Positions 38,983-52,553 of a stretch of DNA of 64,000 nt are shown piece after piece; positions within the stretch are counted from its first letter, which is position 1; each line of letters starts with the position of its first letter. Made by a program: the position numbers and the translations under genes. The notes under the pieces were generated by a model. The model was not told the origin of the DNA. It worked only from the letters and a program-made list of their open reading frames with translations, and searched no databases. The DNA lies in assembly GCF_001194135.2 (NCBI RefSeq), contig NC_068989.1, forward strand, positions 94,517,512 to 94,581,511, given 5' to 3'. The DNA comes from Octopus bimaculoides. Its lineage: Eukaryota.

Positions 38983-39043
38983 AAAGGGAAGAGTGCTACT
39001 GTTATTTATCCCCAGGGCTAAATAACAGTAGCATTCTTCCCTT
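38983..39043. mobile_element. Mini-palindrome made only of fused terminal repeats related to the 28803 MITE family
   Basis: aaagggaagagtgctactgttattta-tcccaggg-ctaaataacagtagcattcttcccttt; shares the tgct.ctgt..tttagcccc.gg motif. Confidence 0.65.
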
Positions 39044-39744
39044 TTATGGAACTGTCACATTAAGTTCACAACATACTATCACTTTATCGTGCTGCTACTG
39101 CATAAATCCCTCTGAGAGATTTAGAAATGTATTATTTCTATTTTCAAGAAATTATCACTCTCATAACATAAACTTACAACCAAGTTTCTTTATCGGTCAA
39201 ACATTAAACCACTTTAAATATGTAAGAAGTATTATGAATAGCACTGAAACTTTAAATCTGAAATATTCTTCAGTATACAAAAGCAACTCTGAAGCTGAAA
39301 TCAAAGTTCGAAATTGGTCAACAGGACAATCTCTTACCTCGGTTGCTAGCGTTCAAATTGCATTCGAAGTGTCGACACAGAGCAACAGGAAACCGCCGTT
39401 CCCACATTCTCAACAGTCCTGTTTCTTAAACATATAAGTACGCTGGACATCTTCGATCGCATCCAAAGACAGACTAATCGGCATGAACATAGGACCAATA
39501 GAGATTCGTCTCAGTGTCTTGTCGATTACTTCAACAATTTTACCCCAAAATAGTTAACGCTCACGAATTCCATCCGATTAGTTTTCTGCATCTGGAAGAA
39601 AATTTGATTTTAATACCTGCACATTTATGGTAATCCATTCGCCTTGCAGGAATATCTAAAAGTAAAGTTAAGAAATAGTCTAACTTCCCATCTAATAATC
39701 AGAATTAATTAAACGAAACCAAAACTTTTTATTTAACATTGAAT

Positions 39745-39935
39745 TTAAATTCTGGCACAAGGCCAGCAAGTTCTGGCGGATGGGATAGTCGATGGTATCG
39801 ACTCCGATACTTATTTCATCGATCAGGAAGGGATGAAAAGCAAAGTTGACTTCGGTGGAACTCAAAATGTAAAGAAGGACGAAGTGCCGCTAAGCATTTG
39901 GCCCAACATGCTAACTATTCTGTCAGTTGGCCACT
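39745..39935 (-). mobile_element. tRNA-derived SINE, family 1, decayed
   Basis: ggcacaaggcc..gggatgaaaagcaaagttgacttcggtgga..gctaagcatttggcccaacatgctaactattctgtcag. Confidence 0.75.
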
Positions 39936-40429
39936 TTTGTGTGTGTGTGTGTTTAATTACTGAAAGAAAATGTACCCTGTTGAATCGAAGGAAAACTCAA
40001 AATAACATTTAGGCATATTTATCAACTTACCAAATGTTTTCTTATAAAAAAACAAACTGGAAACAATCATGTTGCACAACTTTTTTCTCTAAATATAATT
40101 AAAGTTGTCTTACCTGCAATTTTGTCTCTTAAGATAAAAATGATTACAAGAGAGAAATTTTCAGCGTTTTCACTCATTTTCCTTTATAATAAAACATTAT
40201 ACACCACTTCCCGAAACACATTTTTTTCCTAAAGATAGGATCTAGAGTATATATAGGAAATATCGTCGATTTTAAAGCCATTAACCAATTTAAATCGCAA
40301 TACACTCTACAATATTAATGTACCGAATTTATAAACAAAAAACCTTGGGCTAATTTTATGCTCATTGGAGAGAGTGTCTATATGTGTATGTATGTATGGA
40401 TGTAAATATGTACGTATACATATACATTA

Positions 40430-40635
40430 TTCTTTTATTTGTTTCAGTCATTTGACTGCGACCATGCTGGAGCACCCCCTTTAGTCGAGCAAATCGACCT
40501 CAGAACTTATTGTTTGTAAGCCTGGTACTTATTCTATCGGCCTCTTTTGCTGAACCACTATGTTACAGGGACATAAACAGACCAGCTTCGGTTGTCAAGT
40601 CATGTTGGGGGGGACAAGCACTGGCACACAAACAT
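40430..40635 (-). mobile_element. Family-2 SINE 3' half
   Basis: gtttcagtcatttgactgcgaccatgctggagcacc..agtcgagcaaatcgacc. Confidence 0.8.
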
Positions 40636-40671
40636 ATGTGTAACTGTATATGCGAGTCTTCCTCCCTGTCC

Positions 40672-40702
<31 letters not shown>

Positions 40703-40712
40703 TATCTTTCTT

Positions 40713-40779
<67 letters not shown>

Positions 40780-40831
40780 GTATATATATNNNNNNNNNNN
40801 NNNNNNNNNNNNNNNNNNNNNNNNNNNNNNN

Positions 40832-40864
<33 letters not shown>

Positions 40865-40865
<1 letters not shown>

Positions 40866-41540
40866 CAGCGTGCGATGGATTAATTGTTGTCAATTATAGC
40901 TATAAATCCGCATGCGCATTGTTTGCTTTTGCTTTTGTCGACTTCACAATATAGTGGGGTCAGCTGGGCACTGTCCATGCGAAAAACACCACCATGACGC
41001 CATTCACTCTGCCAGAAATTGGGAAACAACATGCTGTACTGCTTGGCATTCGCGCCGGAAGCTCCAATACAAACATTTCAGAGTGTAGGATGCCAATCTG
41101 AGTCCTCAAAACGTGTACCAAGATTAATAAAAATCATCCAGTCAACATCCAGTAAATATTATGGTGTTTCGAGTGATCTCTAGTGATAACAACATTATGA
41201 CTCCATTCATTTTTCCACACGGTCTCAGATTCAGTATGAAGCCCTACCAATTCTTTATAACTGCTTGATAAAGATCAGACACTCTTCCAAACTGGATTAC
41301 CATTTTCGCCCTACATCAAGTGCCTGGAGGATTATGGCCGCATTCACCACCTTAAAAAAGGAGACCGTCTAAAAAAGTTGCAGGAGAATCAGAAGTCGTC
41401 TGGCGGTCGCGGTTGAAGTCAATGGCGATTTTATTGAATAAATTTATTCTTTATTATTTCAAGATGTTTCTATGTAATTTTGGTAAATATATGTTAAAAT
41501 GGGATGTCAGAGTTATTTTCATTTATGCATAATTTAAACA
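40865..41540 (+). mobile_element. Internally deleted Tc1/mariner-superfamily (maT/DD37D-like) transposon remnant
   Basis: MTPFTLPEIGKQHAVLLGIRAGSSNTNISEC (ATG 40994), IMTPFIFPHGLR, YIKCLE, RIMAAFT.L.KETV..CRR.RSRL.V.VE.NGDFIE* (stop 41439). Subfamily call is from recalled similarity; DDD spacing is not visible. Confidence 0.65.
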
Positions 41541-42066
41541 GCAAATAGTTCACCGTATCCTGTATATGTATACATACGTACACACACACACACACATACA
41601 TGCATATATATGCATGTATGCATATATGTATATATTACACACTCGCACATACATACACACTCACACACACACACATATATGTATATATATATATATGTAT
41701 GTATGTATGTATATATGTAGGAATATGCTATTTTCGCTTTTATATGCATGGATACTTATGTATACATGGTAAAGTTAAATGCTGATTAGATACCTAAAGA
41801 GATGCGAGAGAGTAATTGAAACTGGAGTTTAGTAAACAATCACAGAATTTAATCAGCCTTATATTTCAATTAATTTTCTGAGAGAGACGGACAGCTTGCA
41901 ATGTCGATATTGACTTTAAGTTAACACTTTCTGTTTTGTCAACAGAGCTTTGATCGTTGACCTTCAGTCATTATTTTATTCATTTATGAAATTATAAACA
42001 TCGTTCCGTATGAGATTGCTTATACGCAGACATGTGAAAATAGAGTCACACGTAGTACACATATAA

Positions 42067-42129
<63 letters not shown>

Positions 42130-42299
42130 GTATATATATACATGATGGATTGTCTTGTTCAATTACTGATATCTTGCATTTTGTTTGCACCTCACTGTTA
42201 GGGATATAGTAACTCGGTTTTATGTTGGAGATTGTACGCAAGCATGGCATAAGAAAAGCGTCAAGCTGGGTGAGGTCGAAAATTCAGCACCATAAAGCA

Positions 42300-43075
42300 A
42301 TAGTGTCAAAACACCGACTTATATACATCGACTTTCACCTTCAACGATAGGTCATGGCTGATCCAATGCATGTGGTGAAGCTTACCGAAAGTGGAACTAG
42401 CCTTCTCAGTTCTGAGCTCAATTCCTTAATCCATCAATGGACACAATGGAACCACGGTACGTGAAGAAGGAAACAGTTTTTAATGCTTTCTCATCAACAT
42501 ATACATTAAGGACAACAGTGGAAAGATGGTCACGAATGGGCTGATAGACAAGCTCAGTTTTCTTGATGCTGATGGTCAGACCAAAACCCTTCGATGCACG
42601 CGAGAATCTGTTTAAAATATATTGCAATTCCTCAAGAGTGTGTACTACGAGTGCATAATCGCCTGCGAATCAAAGTCTGTTTTTGCTTTGAAGCGTTGTT
42701 GGTTGAATAAGCCACTTCCAGTTCTGTACTCAAACTTTAATCCTTTAACATTTTCGAACGCTGTTTCCAAAATGGTCGGGAAATGCAAAGAAAATAAGAG
42801 CGGTGCAAGAACACAGCCTTGTTTCGCCCAATTTGAGACTGTGAGTGAGTTGGATACTTCCCTACTAGATCTAGCAGGAGTCAACATCCCTTGATGGAAA
42901 GAAATGATGACACTGAGTATCTTTTTAGAGTACCTAGCTCTTCAAGGGCACCCCAAAGGAAATCTCTAGATACGGTGTCGAAAGCTTTAGTTAGACCAAC
43001 AAAAGTGGCAAAAATGCCTCGGTTGTGCTCACGAGTTTTTTTCTGCTGTTGCCTCAGGCTGAAAATCATATCTGA
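42300..43075 (-). mobile_element. RTE (BovB-like) LINE reverse-transcriptase fragment, decayed
   Basis: IFSLRQQQKKTRE..FVGLTKAFDTVSR, KQGCVLAPLLF, YRTGSGLFNQQRFKAKT, FGLTISIKKTE, FTYRGS are standard RTE RT motifs. Confidence 0.9.
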
Positions 43076-43764
43076 AAGAAATGTGTTGGTTACGTACGTA
43101 TATCCAACTTCATTGCAACCATTCCTTTCAATTTGTTTCAGACAAGAAAAATTAAAATGTTCAACCCTGAAGAGAATTACTAGAATTAAAAAAATTAAAA
43201 CTGAGAATTGGATGAATGGAATCTTTCATAGTGTTTTGTAAATTCAAAATCCGCCTCCTTTGTAATGATAGCTCCTTGCCTATGAAAATGCAAGAAATTT
43301 AGAGGAAAGGGTTATGTATGTAGGCTTCAATACTGAAATGATGTTCGATTTATAGCTGTCTGATGTATAAGAAACAATGTTGGTCTCGACAGGATTTGAA
43401 CCCAGAACGTGAAGAGCTGGAAGAAATATCGCAAGGTCTTCTTTAAATTCCCAGCCCCCTTCTACTCTTAGTTATACTAATAATTTCTAATATAGCACGA
43501 TGTCAACAGATTTGGAGAAATACCCTTGTCAATTACATCACCTCAAACACGTGTGTAATACTTTATTTTAGAGTAATTTTTAGGATGAATAGTGAATTTC
43601 CACTAGATGGCATTTGAACCCTGGACATAAAAATCTAGATGAAAAAGAGTAACACGTGGCGTTTGTTCGATACTCTAATGACTTTCTCTTTATCCAATGG
43701 CCTCTTCTCCTTTACTTCGTAATAATATACAACGCAGCTGATAAATACATTTGGATAGAATATT

Positions 43765-43970
43765 CTTTCTACTCATGGCACAAGGCCCGAAATGTCTGAG
43801 GAGGGGGCCAGTCGATTAGATCGACCCCGGTGCGCAACTGGTACTTAATTTATCGACCCCGAAAGGATGAAAGACAAAGTCGACCTCTGCGGAATTTGAA
43901 CTCAGAACGTAAAGGCAGACGAAATACCACGTATACTGGCGTACTAACGATTCTACCAGCTCACCGCCTT
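43765..43970 (-). mobile_element. tRNA-derived SINE, family 1, full length
   Basis: ggcacaaggcccgaaat..cgaccccgaaaggatgaaagacaaagtcgacc..tttgaactcagaacg..ctaccagctcaccgcc. Confidence 0.88.
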
Positions 43971-44922
43971 GTATTTTGATAGAATATTGTGAGAACTATT
44001 CTTGTACCAGGAGTAAGTATATCAAGGAATATAATTGTAAAATAGGTACTTTCTCCATCTCACCAAAAATCATGAAAAAAAGATATAATAAAATATATAA
44101 TCGAACAACGAGTCGTCGATATTTTGTAATGAGAATATTTCACATCTGAATTTTTTAATTATTCCAACTTAACCATGTAGCCAGCAAATCATTTAGAATT
44201 AACACATGTAGAAAACCTCATAATTTACCAGATATTGTTTACTCTTTCACATTGTTAGTGGAATATAGGTGTTCATTAGAACGTGCAAAATAATATTCTT
44301 TGCAACTTTTAATTAATTATCATATAATACATAATTTTCTTCATTTTTTTCTTTTCATTTTCTTTTTTTGGAACTTTTAATAAGCTGGAGATTTTATGCA
44401 AACTACATTCGTGTTATTAATAAAATATATTGCTATTAGGAAGTTGCATAATTCAAAAACAAAATAGAAATAACAATTTACTTCAAAGTGATAAAATAAT
44501 ATTGTTTCACTTCTATATTGAAGTTCGTAATGCTGTAATATTTGGTATTGTTGCTACCGCTGCTGCTGCTGCTTCTCAAAACTATTGGTAACACACCAAG
44601 TGGAATAATTATAAAGCTAGGAAGAAATTGTTAACGCAGCAGTCAGCAAATTTATAAGGTGGTGTTTATTAACAAAATTCAATTTAATATAATTACTAAA
44701 TATGCTGTTTAGGTTTTAATGTCAGTCGATATGAGATTCGCAGTATCTGTGTGTGTGTGTGATTTTAATTAATACATTGCAATGATTGCTGAAACGTTTC
44801 AACTAAATTATTATAATGTTTGTACGGACCAGTATATGTTGAGAGTTATTTAAATGGAAATGTGTAGGATCTTATATGAAGAAATCATATAAGGGCATAC
44901 ATATGCAAACATATCACATAGA

Positions 44923-45250
44923 CATGGGGTGGTGAGGAGGCTTGCTCCCCGGCAACGTGGTTCCATGATCAGTCTTACAGCGTGGCATCTTGTGCAAATG
45001 TCTTCCACTATAATCCCGGGCCGTCCAATGCCTTAAGCAGCTCCTCGTATATATGTATATATGTGTGTGTGTGTGTGAATGTGTGCTTTTATTTATGTGT
45101 GTGCCTTTGTGTTTGTGTGTGTTCCTTATTTCCGCTTGCCAAACGGTGTTGGTTTGTTTAACAACCCCTCCACACCGTCCCCGCAACTTATCAGTCCAGT
45201 AAAAGCGACCGAATAAGCCCCGGGACCAGTTCGTTCTGCTAAAAACCAAA
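44923..45250 (+). mobile_element. tRNA-derived SINE, family 2, decayed, with internal TA/TG tract
   Basis: cttgctccccggcaacgtggttcc..gtcttccactataatcccgggccgtcc..[microsatellite]..ccccgcaacttatcagtccagtaaaagcgaccg. Confidence 0.7.
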
Positions 45251-45369
45251 ACAGATATATATTATGCCAAACACGATATTAAAAGAAAACTTAGCAAAAG
45301 ATATATTGTAAAAATTATTTAGTCTTTAATTTCTTACAGTTTTTCTTTGCACTCTCTCTCTCTCTCTCG

Positions 45370-45403
<34 letters not shown>

Positions 45404-46799
45404 ATTTCTCTCTCTCTCTTTCTCTTCCNNNNNNNNNNNNNNNNNNNNNNNNNNNNNNNNNNNNNNNNNNNNNNNNNNNNNNNNNNNNNNNNNNNNNNNN
45501 NNNNNNNNNNNNNNNNNNNNNNNNNNNNNNNNNNNNNNNNNNNNNNNNTATATATATATATATATATATATATATTCCTGTCTTGCTTCATAGGAAGGAG
45601 AACCTGAGCAGAAAGTAGTTATTCTCCCTTGTGAAGGAGTGAGAGAAATACGCAAATTTTCCTTCAGTTTCCCTATTTATTTTACTTACTCTCGTTTTTG
45701 TTCATCATTTCTTCATATTTTTGAAGTTTATCATTTGTAAGTTGTTAGAAACTGCCTGCTTTTTGAGACTAGCCTGCAGGTATTTAGAAATCTGATCAAG
45801 TTCGCCATTCACCAGATAGAAACTTTTAGCTCCTGGCAAGCACTTAGATTGAAACTGTTACTTCGTGAGTAAATGCCTGCAGACTACATATCCACCAACA
45901 CACAGTCTTTTACACATACACAGCTCTTAACATGTTCGCAATCTTATGCATGTGACGAAACCTTACTTTTCCTTCAGCTCTCACTCTGTTGCTGGCGTTC
46001 AATGCAGAGGTTAAGATTTCTCTAATTCCGATTACGTGTATGAGTAAAACGTTTTTTTTTTTTGTTTATTTTTATACGTCTAAATATATAATTTGTAAGA
46101 AATAGTAGAAAAGTAATATGAAACCTCTAGACAATTATGTCAGTGTTCAGAATCCTCAGGCAGTATTCTTATAGTTTTTTTTATATATGAAAAGGTAAAG
46201 AAGTTCAGTCACTTGTGTTCTTTCGCTTGACCGTCTGCCGGTTCACAGGAACGTAAGTGATACCAGAAAGACGGTGTTCGAACTCCAAACACAGAAAGAA
46301 ATTAAAAGAGCAAATACGAAGACGAAACCATTTCGATACGAGAAACACACACACACAAATATATGTGTGGTTATGTATGTATATATGTATGTGTGGGTAT
46401 GTATGTGCACATGTATGTATATATGTGAGTGCCTTTGTCGTTGCGTCAGTCACTAACACGAATAGAAACCGATGCTACCTTGTTTATACCTCCGCAAAAT
46501 ACAGGGTGTCCCGAAATTAATGCAACCGAAGTTTCGGGCTTTAATAACTATCAATAAATGTTATAAAATATGAGAATTATACTTCTTTTTATTTTACAAT
46601 AAATAAATTCAGATTTATTTATTAGATAATGGCTATACACCGAAATACAATCAAAACCTGGAAATGCCTGATGCTTACTTAAAAAGTGAAGCGATGATTT
46701 GTGTCATTGCAACGTTGGGTAGAATGTCTTACATCTTTTTCCCGAAACTTTGCGTTCCTACTTAAAAGCGTGCCAACATCAAATTTGCTTTTCATTGTT

Positions 46800-47075
46800 T
46801 CATTTCGATATCTGCGAATCAAGGGCAGTAGGTTGGTGGTACTTTAAAAACATCGGAATTGATGATTTCGTATTTCCTCCAATAGTTGCCATTCCGGTTT
46901 CAAATACCTCCATGGACAATTTGAGTGTAAGCCTTAATCCGTCTTCTTGTTCATTAACTCCACGTTTAGCAGAGATCTGTTTCAAGTTTTCCAACGAGTT
47001 CTCCAGTTTAATAATGACTTTTCCCTCCCCAGTTAGTCCCAAATAGCCCAGTAATGGGACACGGGTAGTGCTTTT
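46800..47075 (-). CDS. Candidate coding exon (possibly terminal) of an unidentified protein, 91 aa
   Basis: Open frame KSTTRVPLLGYLGLTGEGKVIIKLENSLENLKQISAKRG...YHQPTALDSQISK* in unique DNA; upstream pyrimidine tract with ccacag/actag acceptors; AATAAA about 200 nt past the stop; no motif recognised. Confidence 0.35.
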   Translation of the reverse strand, partial: KSTTRVPLLGYLGLTGEGKVIIKLENSLENLKQISAKRGVNEQEDGLRLTLKLSMEVFETGMATIGGNTKSSIPMFLKYHQPTALDSQISK

Positions 47076-47386
47076 CTAGTCTGTGGAAATTATTAAAATT
47101 TATCCTAAACTGATTAACAGTCACTGAGCACGTAAATATACTCAACCATCGGATGGGACGTGTAACATGTATATACTTTAGACGAGGAATTGTCTGTTAT
47201 TCCTGTTTGATGCTCTATAAAATTTCAGGCTGGACTGAAACGTTACTTATTCCTTCATATAATAACCATTTTTATTGGCCGATCGATTAGTCGTAACTTG
47301 TTGAGTAATGCCGAATGCCGTTCACCGTCAATGACATCACCAACTACAATTTATTTTTTCTGTTTCTGTATGAAACTTCAATACAT

Positions 47387-47488
<102 letters not shown>

Positions 47489-47678
47489 CCAGTATATCAA
47501 ATGTCGAAAATATAGAGCTTTTCTTGAAATTCGAACGAACAGCATACAATAGTATTCGTCTGAACTCCCTTTATTTCCAGACTATAAATTATTTGAGTAT
47601 TTCATTTATACATAGAAAGTCACGCAAACTTCTGTATTCGGACTCAAATGCACTTACACACACACGCACGCACACATT

Positions 47679-47727
<49 letters not shown>

Positions 47728-48904
47728 AAACACACATACATACAGACTTACATAGATAAATGCATACACGCATATGTATATGCATGCATACGTGCACATG
47801 CAAAACTGAACATCGCAACAGGATTTTTTTAAAAACTAAATATTATGTTTGTAAGTTTTGATGCAAAATCATTCTTTGATCGTGTTAAAATGGTCTCATG
47901 AAATCGTGCTATCATATCGTTTGATAATTTAATTGTAACTAAGTTTGCTTTGCTTCAAACGTGTATATATTTCGTAACATAAAAAAAGGTACTTATAAAT
48001 ACATAAATATCTATGTACATGCGGCATGCGTATCTATCCATCTTTCTATCTTTCTGGTTATTTATCACCATATATATATATATATATATATCAACCTACC
48101 TTATTTGTAAATATAGGCTTGAATTAATAGCTACACTGACATACGGATTCATTTTGACATATTTCATTATATGTTTCTATAGTCTTTGGGCGATTTTAAA
48201 TTTCAATTTTGAAATCTTTATATCTTTAGTATTCTCTGTTTCATGGAATCTATTTAAATAATTTTTAGAAGCTTTACACCTAAATTCTTTCGACATCAAT
48301 CAGACATAGGGTAAAAAAAGATCTCTTTATATTTGTAATTAATTTTTGCCAAATATTATCAGCACTTAAACTTTACTTTATGATGGCATCTATACTGCTG
48401 CTTCTTCAAATAATCTTCGTTTGCTAGAATTCTAGTGAAGTAAGTTAATTAATATGATTCATGATGAAATAGAAATCAGTATAACACGGAAATCTAAATT
48501 TACATCTAACGCAATGCATTATTATATGCATTTACAGTGAGGTAGACATGTCATAAATGAACTATCTCAAAAAGCATTCTAAATTTAAAATTCTAACATA
48601 ATTTTTCGTTATCTTTTTTTCACAGGTTATTTCTATTACACATGAAATTAGAAATATTCAAATCTAAAATTGCTATAAGCACTCTATAACGTGCTTCGTA
48701 TATTTAAGGTTGGAAAGAATGTCCTGTCGCGTTCTTCAGTGTATTATTTTGAGTGTATTTTTTTCCGTACTTGCCGTAAAATGAGCAAATATTTTTTGCA
48801 ATTTATAACTTATTTTCTTCCTTTCAAAATTACGTTTTATCATTGTGTTTAAATTTGTATCGATTGTATCCTACGAAAAAGCATTGGGTTTGCATGAATA
48901 TAAC

Positions 48905-49115
48905 ATTTCTGAAGGATCGCATAATCAGACCAATTAAGGTTGTCCCAGCTTGTGAAACTCACAGACTCAACAACTTCCTTGACATACTGTTAAAACCTGT
49001 CTTAAAAGTTATACCAAAAACCATGGATACCTATTAATCCATCACCCGAAAAAATGCTAACAGGGATACAATAATCGTTCCATGTGATGTAGTAAAGCAT
49101 TTATCAAATTGTACG
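48905..49115 (+). mobile_element. Penelope-like element RT fragment
   Basis: IRPIKVVPACETHRLNNFLDILLKPVLKVIP..MDT corresponds to the PLE RPIV....T..LS.FLD.LLKP motif; DVV of motif A follows. Confidence 0.75.
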
Positions 49116-49177
49116 TTCTCAGTCACATGCAAGAGAAAACTATAATGAATGTATAAATGACTATATATATATAACTG

Positions 49178-49500
49178 GAACTCCGTCGGCTACGGCGACG
49201 AGGGTTCCAGATGATCCGATCAGCGGAGCAGCTTGCTTGTGAAATTAGCGTGCAAGTGGTTGAGCACTCCACAGACAAGCATACCCTTTGCGTAGTTTAC
49301 TGGGAACTTCAGCGTGATACACAGTGTGACAACGATGACCCTGTTGAAATACAGGAACTACTCATTTTTGCCAGCTGAGTGAACTGGAGCAACGGGAAAG
49401 AAAATGTCTTGCTCAAGCACACAACGCGTCGCCGGGAATTGAATCTACGACCTTACAATTGTGAGCCGAATGCCCTAACCACCAAGCCACGCACCTTCAC
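49178..49500 (-). mobile_element. tRNA-derived SINE, family 3, full length
   Basis: Reverse-complement head gtggcttggtggttaggg..gattcaattcccgg (A/B boxes), central gcaagaca..gctccagttcactcagctg, tail ggaaccctcgtcgccgtagccgacggagttcc. Confidence 0.85.
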
Positions 49501-49761
49501 ATACACACACGCCCACAAACACATACACGCACACACACACACACACACAAGCACATACGCGCACGCACACACACATGAGTATTCATGTACCAATTTCCAG
49601 ACTCTTCAGCTCTCCACCAATGAAAATTACAGGCCCCAGCCACGAAATCAGAGGTCAATAATAGGCATGGGTTGCTGCCAAAAAGACTTAGACTTGTACA
49701 GCAATTAGTAGAAAATAACTACAATATATTTTTCGTATATATTAATCTTTGTGCACAAACG

Positions 49762-49813
<52 letters not shown>

Positions 49814-50420
49814 NNNNNNNNNNNNNNNNNNNNNNNNNNNNNNNNNNNNNNNNNNNNNNNNNNNNNNNNNNNNNNNNNNNNNNNNNNNNNNNNNNNNNNN
49901 NNNNNNNNNNNNNNNNNNNNNNNNNNNNNNNNNNNNNNNNNNNNNNNNNNNNNNNNNNNNNNNNNNNNNNNNNNNNNNNNNNNNNNNNNNNNNNNNNNNN
50001 NNNNNNNNNNNNNNNNNNNNNNNNNNNNNNNNNNNNNNNNNNNNNNNNNNNNNNNNNNNNNNNNNNNNNNNNNNNNNNNNNNNNNNNNNNNNNNNNNNNN
50101 NNNNNNNNNNNNNNNNNNNNNNNNNNNNNNNNNNNNNNNNNNNNNNNNNNNNNNNNNNNNNNNNNNNNNNNNNNNNNNNNNNNNNNNNNNNNNNNNNNNN
50201 NNNNNNNNNNNNNNNNNNNNNNNNNNNNNNNNNNNNNNNNNNNNNNNNNNNNNNNNNNNNNNNNNNNNNNNNNNNNNNNNNNNNNNNNNNNNNNNNNNNN
50301 NNNNNNNNNNNNNNNNNNNNNNNNNNNNNNNNNNNNNNNNNNNNNNNNNNNNNNNNNNNNNNNNNNNNNNNNNNNNNNNNNNNNNNNNNNNNNNNNNNNN
50401 NNNNNNNNNNNNNNNNNNNN

Positions 50421-50467
<47 letters not shown>

Positions 50468-51162
50468 ACATATATGTATATATATATATATATCATACAC
50501 TACACTTCAGTTACTGCACACGAGAATGGTGGGGGTAATTTATCGTAACATTCGACGTACAAATTATCAATTATGTGCAAATAGCACCAACTTAATTCTA
50601 AAATGCCAATTTTAAATACTGTTGCTATGCGACGAATTGTTAATCCACATTCGATTTAAATTATATGCGTGACATAGACTGGCTTATAAAGTGGGCATAC
50701 ACACTATCTATTTAAAGCAATTATGATTCATTCATCCTTTAATGTATTTCTAGTATGTAAGGAAAATTGTATAATTTCTGATTTTCTGTTTGCATCTACA
50801 ATGTATCACAAATATTTTACTTTCTTTTTCTCTCCTTGAGTTTAAAATTTCACAAATATATTTCCGACATATTGTTTTTTTTTAAGAGCGCTGATGGAAG
50901 TCAATCTCGCCAACAGCAGAACTTTAGCAAACACAGGCATGTCAGACAAACATAGTCGCATCAAATGCCATATAAACACATCTTTTTGTTTTATTAAAAC
51001 TGTTTCCGACTCTAGAGAATGAATGATAATAATAAAACGGCAATTAAGAGACTGGCTTCTTCCGAAAAAGAAAACAGGGATTCTTCAAGTTTTACATGCA
51101 ACAAAGGACAAGAACGGGTCCATATGTGCGTGTGAATATGTGTGTATATATATATATATATA

Positions 51163-52015
51163 TGGTTTTCAAGATTCTTTGTGTGGATTCGTGCGTTGAA
51201 GCATATCTTATTGTCTGGGGAGAGTCATTCTGTTTTCAAGCCTTATTAATTAATACACTCAACTTGTCGTGTCTGCGCTTGTACTCTTTCTACGCAAGAT
51301 TTTCGCAAGCACTACCAATGTCAGTGACGCCTTCGACCCGCTTCCCACACATTCTACAGAGGTTCGTTGCAATTGTGCAGTATATATCCCTGTACACTGA
51401 GTTGGTATTCAATGCCTGATCCTTGACAGCGATGATTAGGCTTTCAGTCTTCTTTTTCAGGTCACCTTTGCGGAGAAACCTCCCTGATGCTTCCTTGTCT
51501 TTTAATTCTTTAGCTTCACGATGGAACTGACCATGTAATTATTCTCTCTCGTTGGCTATTCGTGATCGGATTGTTGGTAAATCTTTCTGCATTAGCATCA
51601 TACTGTAGCAGTTCTTGTTGCTGTTTACCAAATATTCTGCTATGTTTCTTCCATCACTGTTGATGCACTCCCGTATGCTAATCAGCCTACGTCCACCCTT
51701 ACACCTCTTTCTGTACTGCCTGTGTACGTTCGCCTAAGGGTGGAAGGCACCATGAATTGTCATTGCTTTGGGGTAATGCGATCGAGCTTTCGTGTTCATT
51801 TCAATATGACTGCAGTATAATGGACTGCAGCAACAGCCCATCTGTTGGTGGCAGTCACAAGGTTTCTTGAGTTGAGCTTTTTCTTAAAATTTGCAGTTGG
51901 ATATTAATCATTCAACTGACTTTCCAAAGCGAGACGGAGGAATGACATGATAGGGGTAACACCTGGGAATCTGTGTTATTCCTCTGTTAGGATGGTTGAG
52001 ATAAGTCAAGGTGAA
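51163..52015 (-). mobile_element. Decayed R4/Dong-like LINE (RT end, thumb, CCHC region)
   Basis: KLNSRNLVTATNRWAV, KGGRRLI, TESLIIAVKDQALNTN, CRMCG, KEYKRRHD. Confidence 0.85.
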
Positions 52016-52084
52016 ATCATACAGAGAGAGACAGTTGGGTAGATAGAACGATGGACACATATATATTTGTGCATATGTATGTAT

Positions 52085-52335
52085 GTATGAGCTGATAGAT
52101 ATAGATAGATAGATACACAGACAGACAGACAGAGAGACAGACTGATAGAGAGGTAAATAGATAGAAATATAGATAGATAGAAAGATAGATAGATAGATAC
52201 ACAAACAGACAGACAGATAGATAGACAGACAGACAGGCAGACAGAGAGACAGACAGGCAGACAGAGAGACAGACAGACAGGCAAGCAGGCAGGCAGGCAG
52301 GCAGGCAGACAGCAGACAGACAGACAGATAGATAA
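52085..52335. repeat. Compound (GATA)/(GACA)/(GGCA) tetranucleotide array
   Basis: Directly visible. Confidence 0.95.
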
Positions 52336-52520
52336 CATTTCATGTGAAAAAGTAACTTGTGAACCGAATCTAAACAAGAGAGCCTATAAATATATATACA
52401 TGTATATAAACAAAACTCCATTCATTAATTCTTTCTCCATTATATATATATTCTGAAAAAGGAATGAATGAAAGGCGTTTTGCTTATATACATACGCACA
52501 TACGTACATACATACATACA

Positions 52521-52553
<33 letters not shown>

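Noticed and set aside
39338-39588. Minus-strand exon-like block containing ETGLLRMW (ionotropic-receptor-like)
   Set aside because: Stops in every frame, and spacing to the putative upstream motif is about 8 residues short.
46499-46530. TA-CAGGGTGTCCC Tc1-like terminus (a similar solo end lies at 55150-55170)
   Set aside because: No partner terminus or transposase nearby; too short to call.
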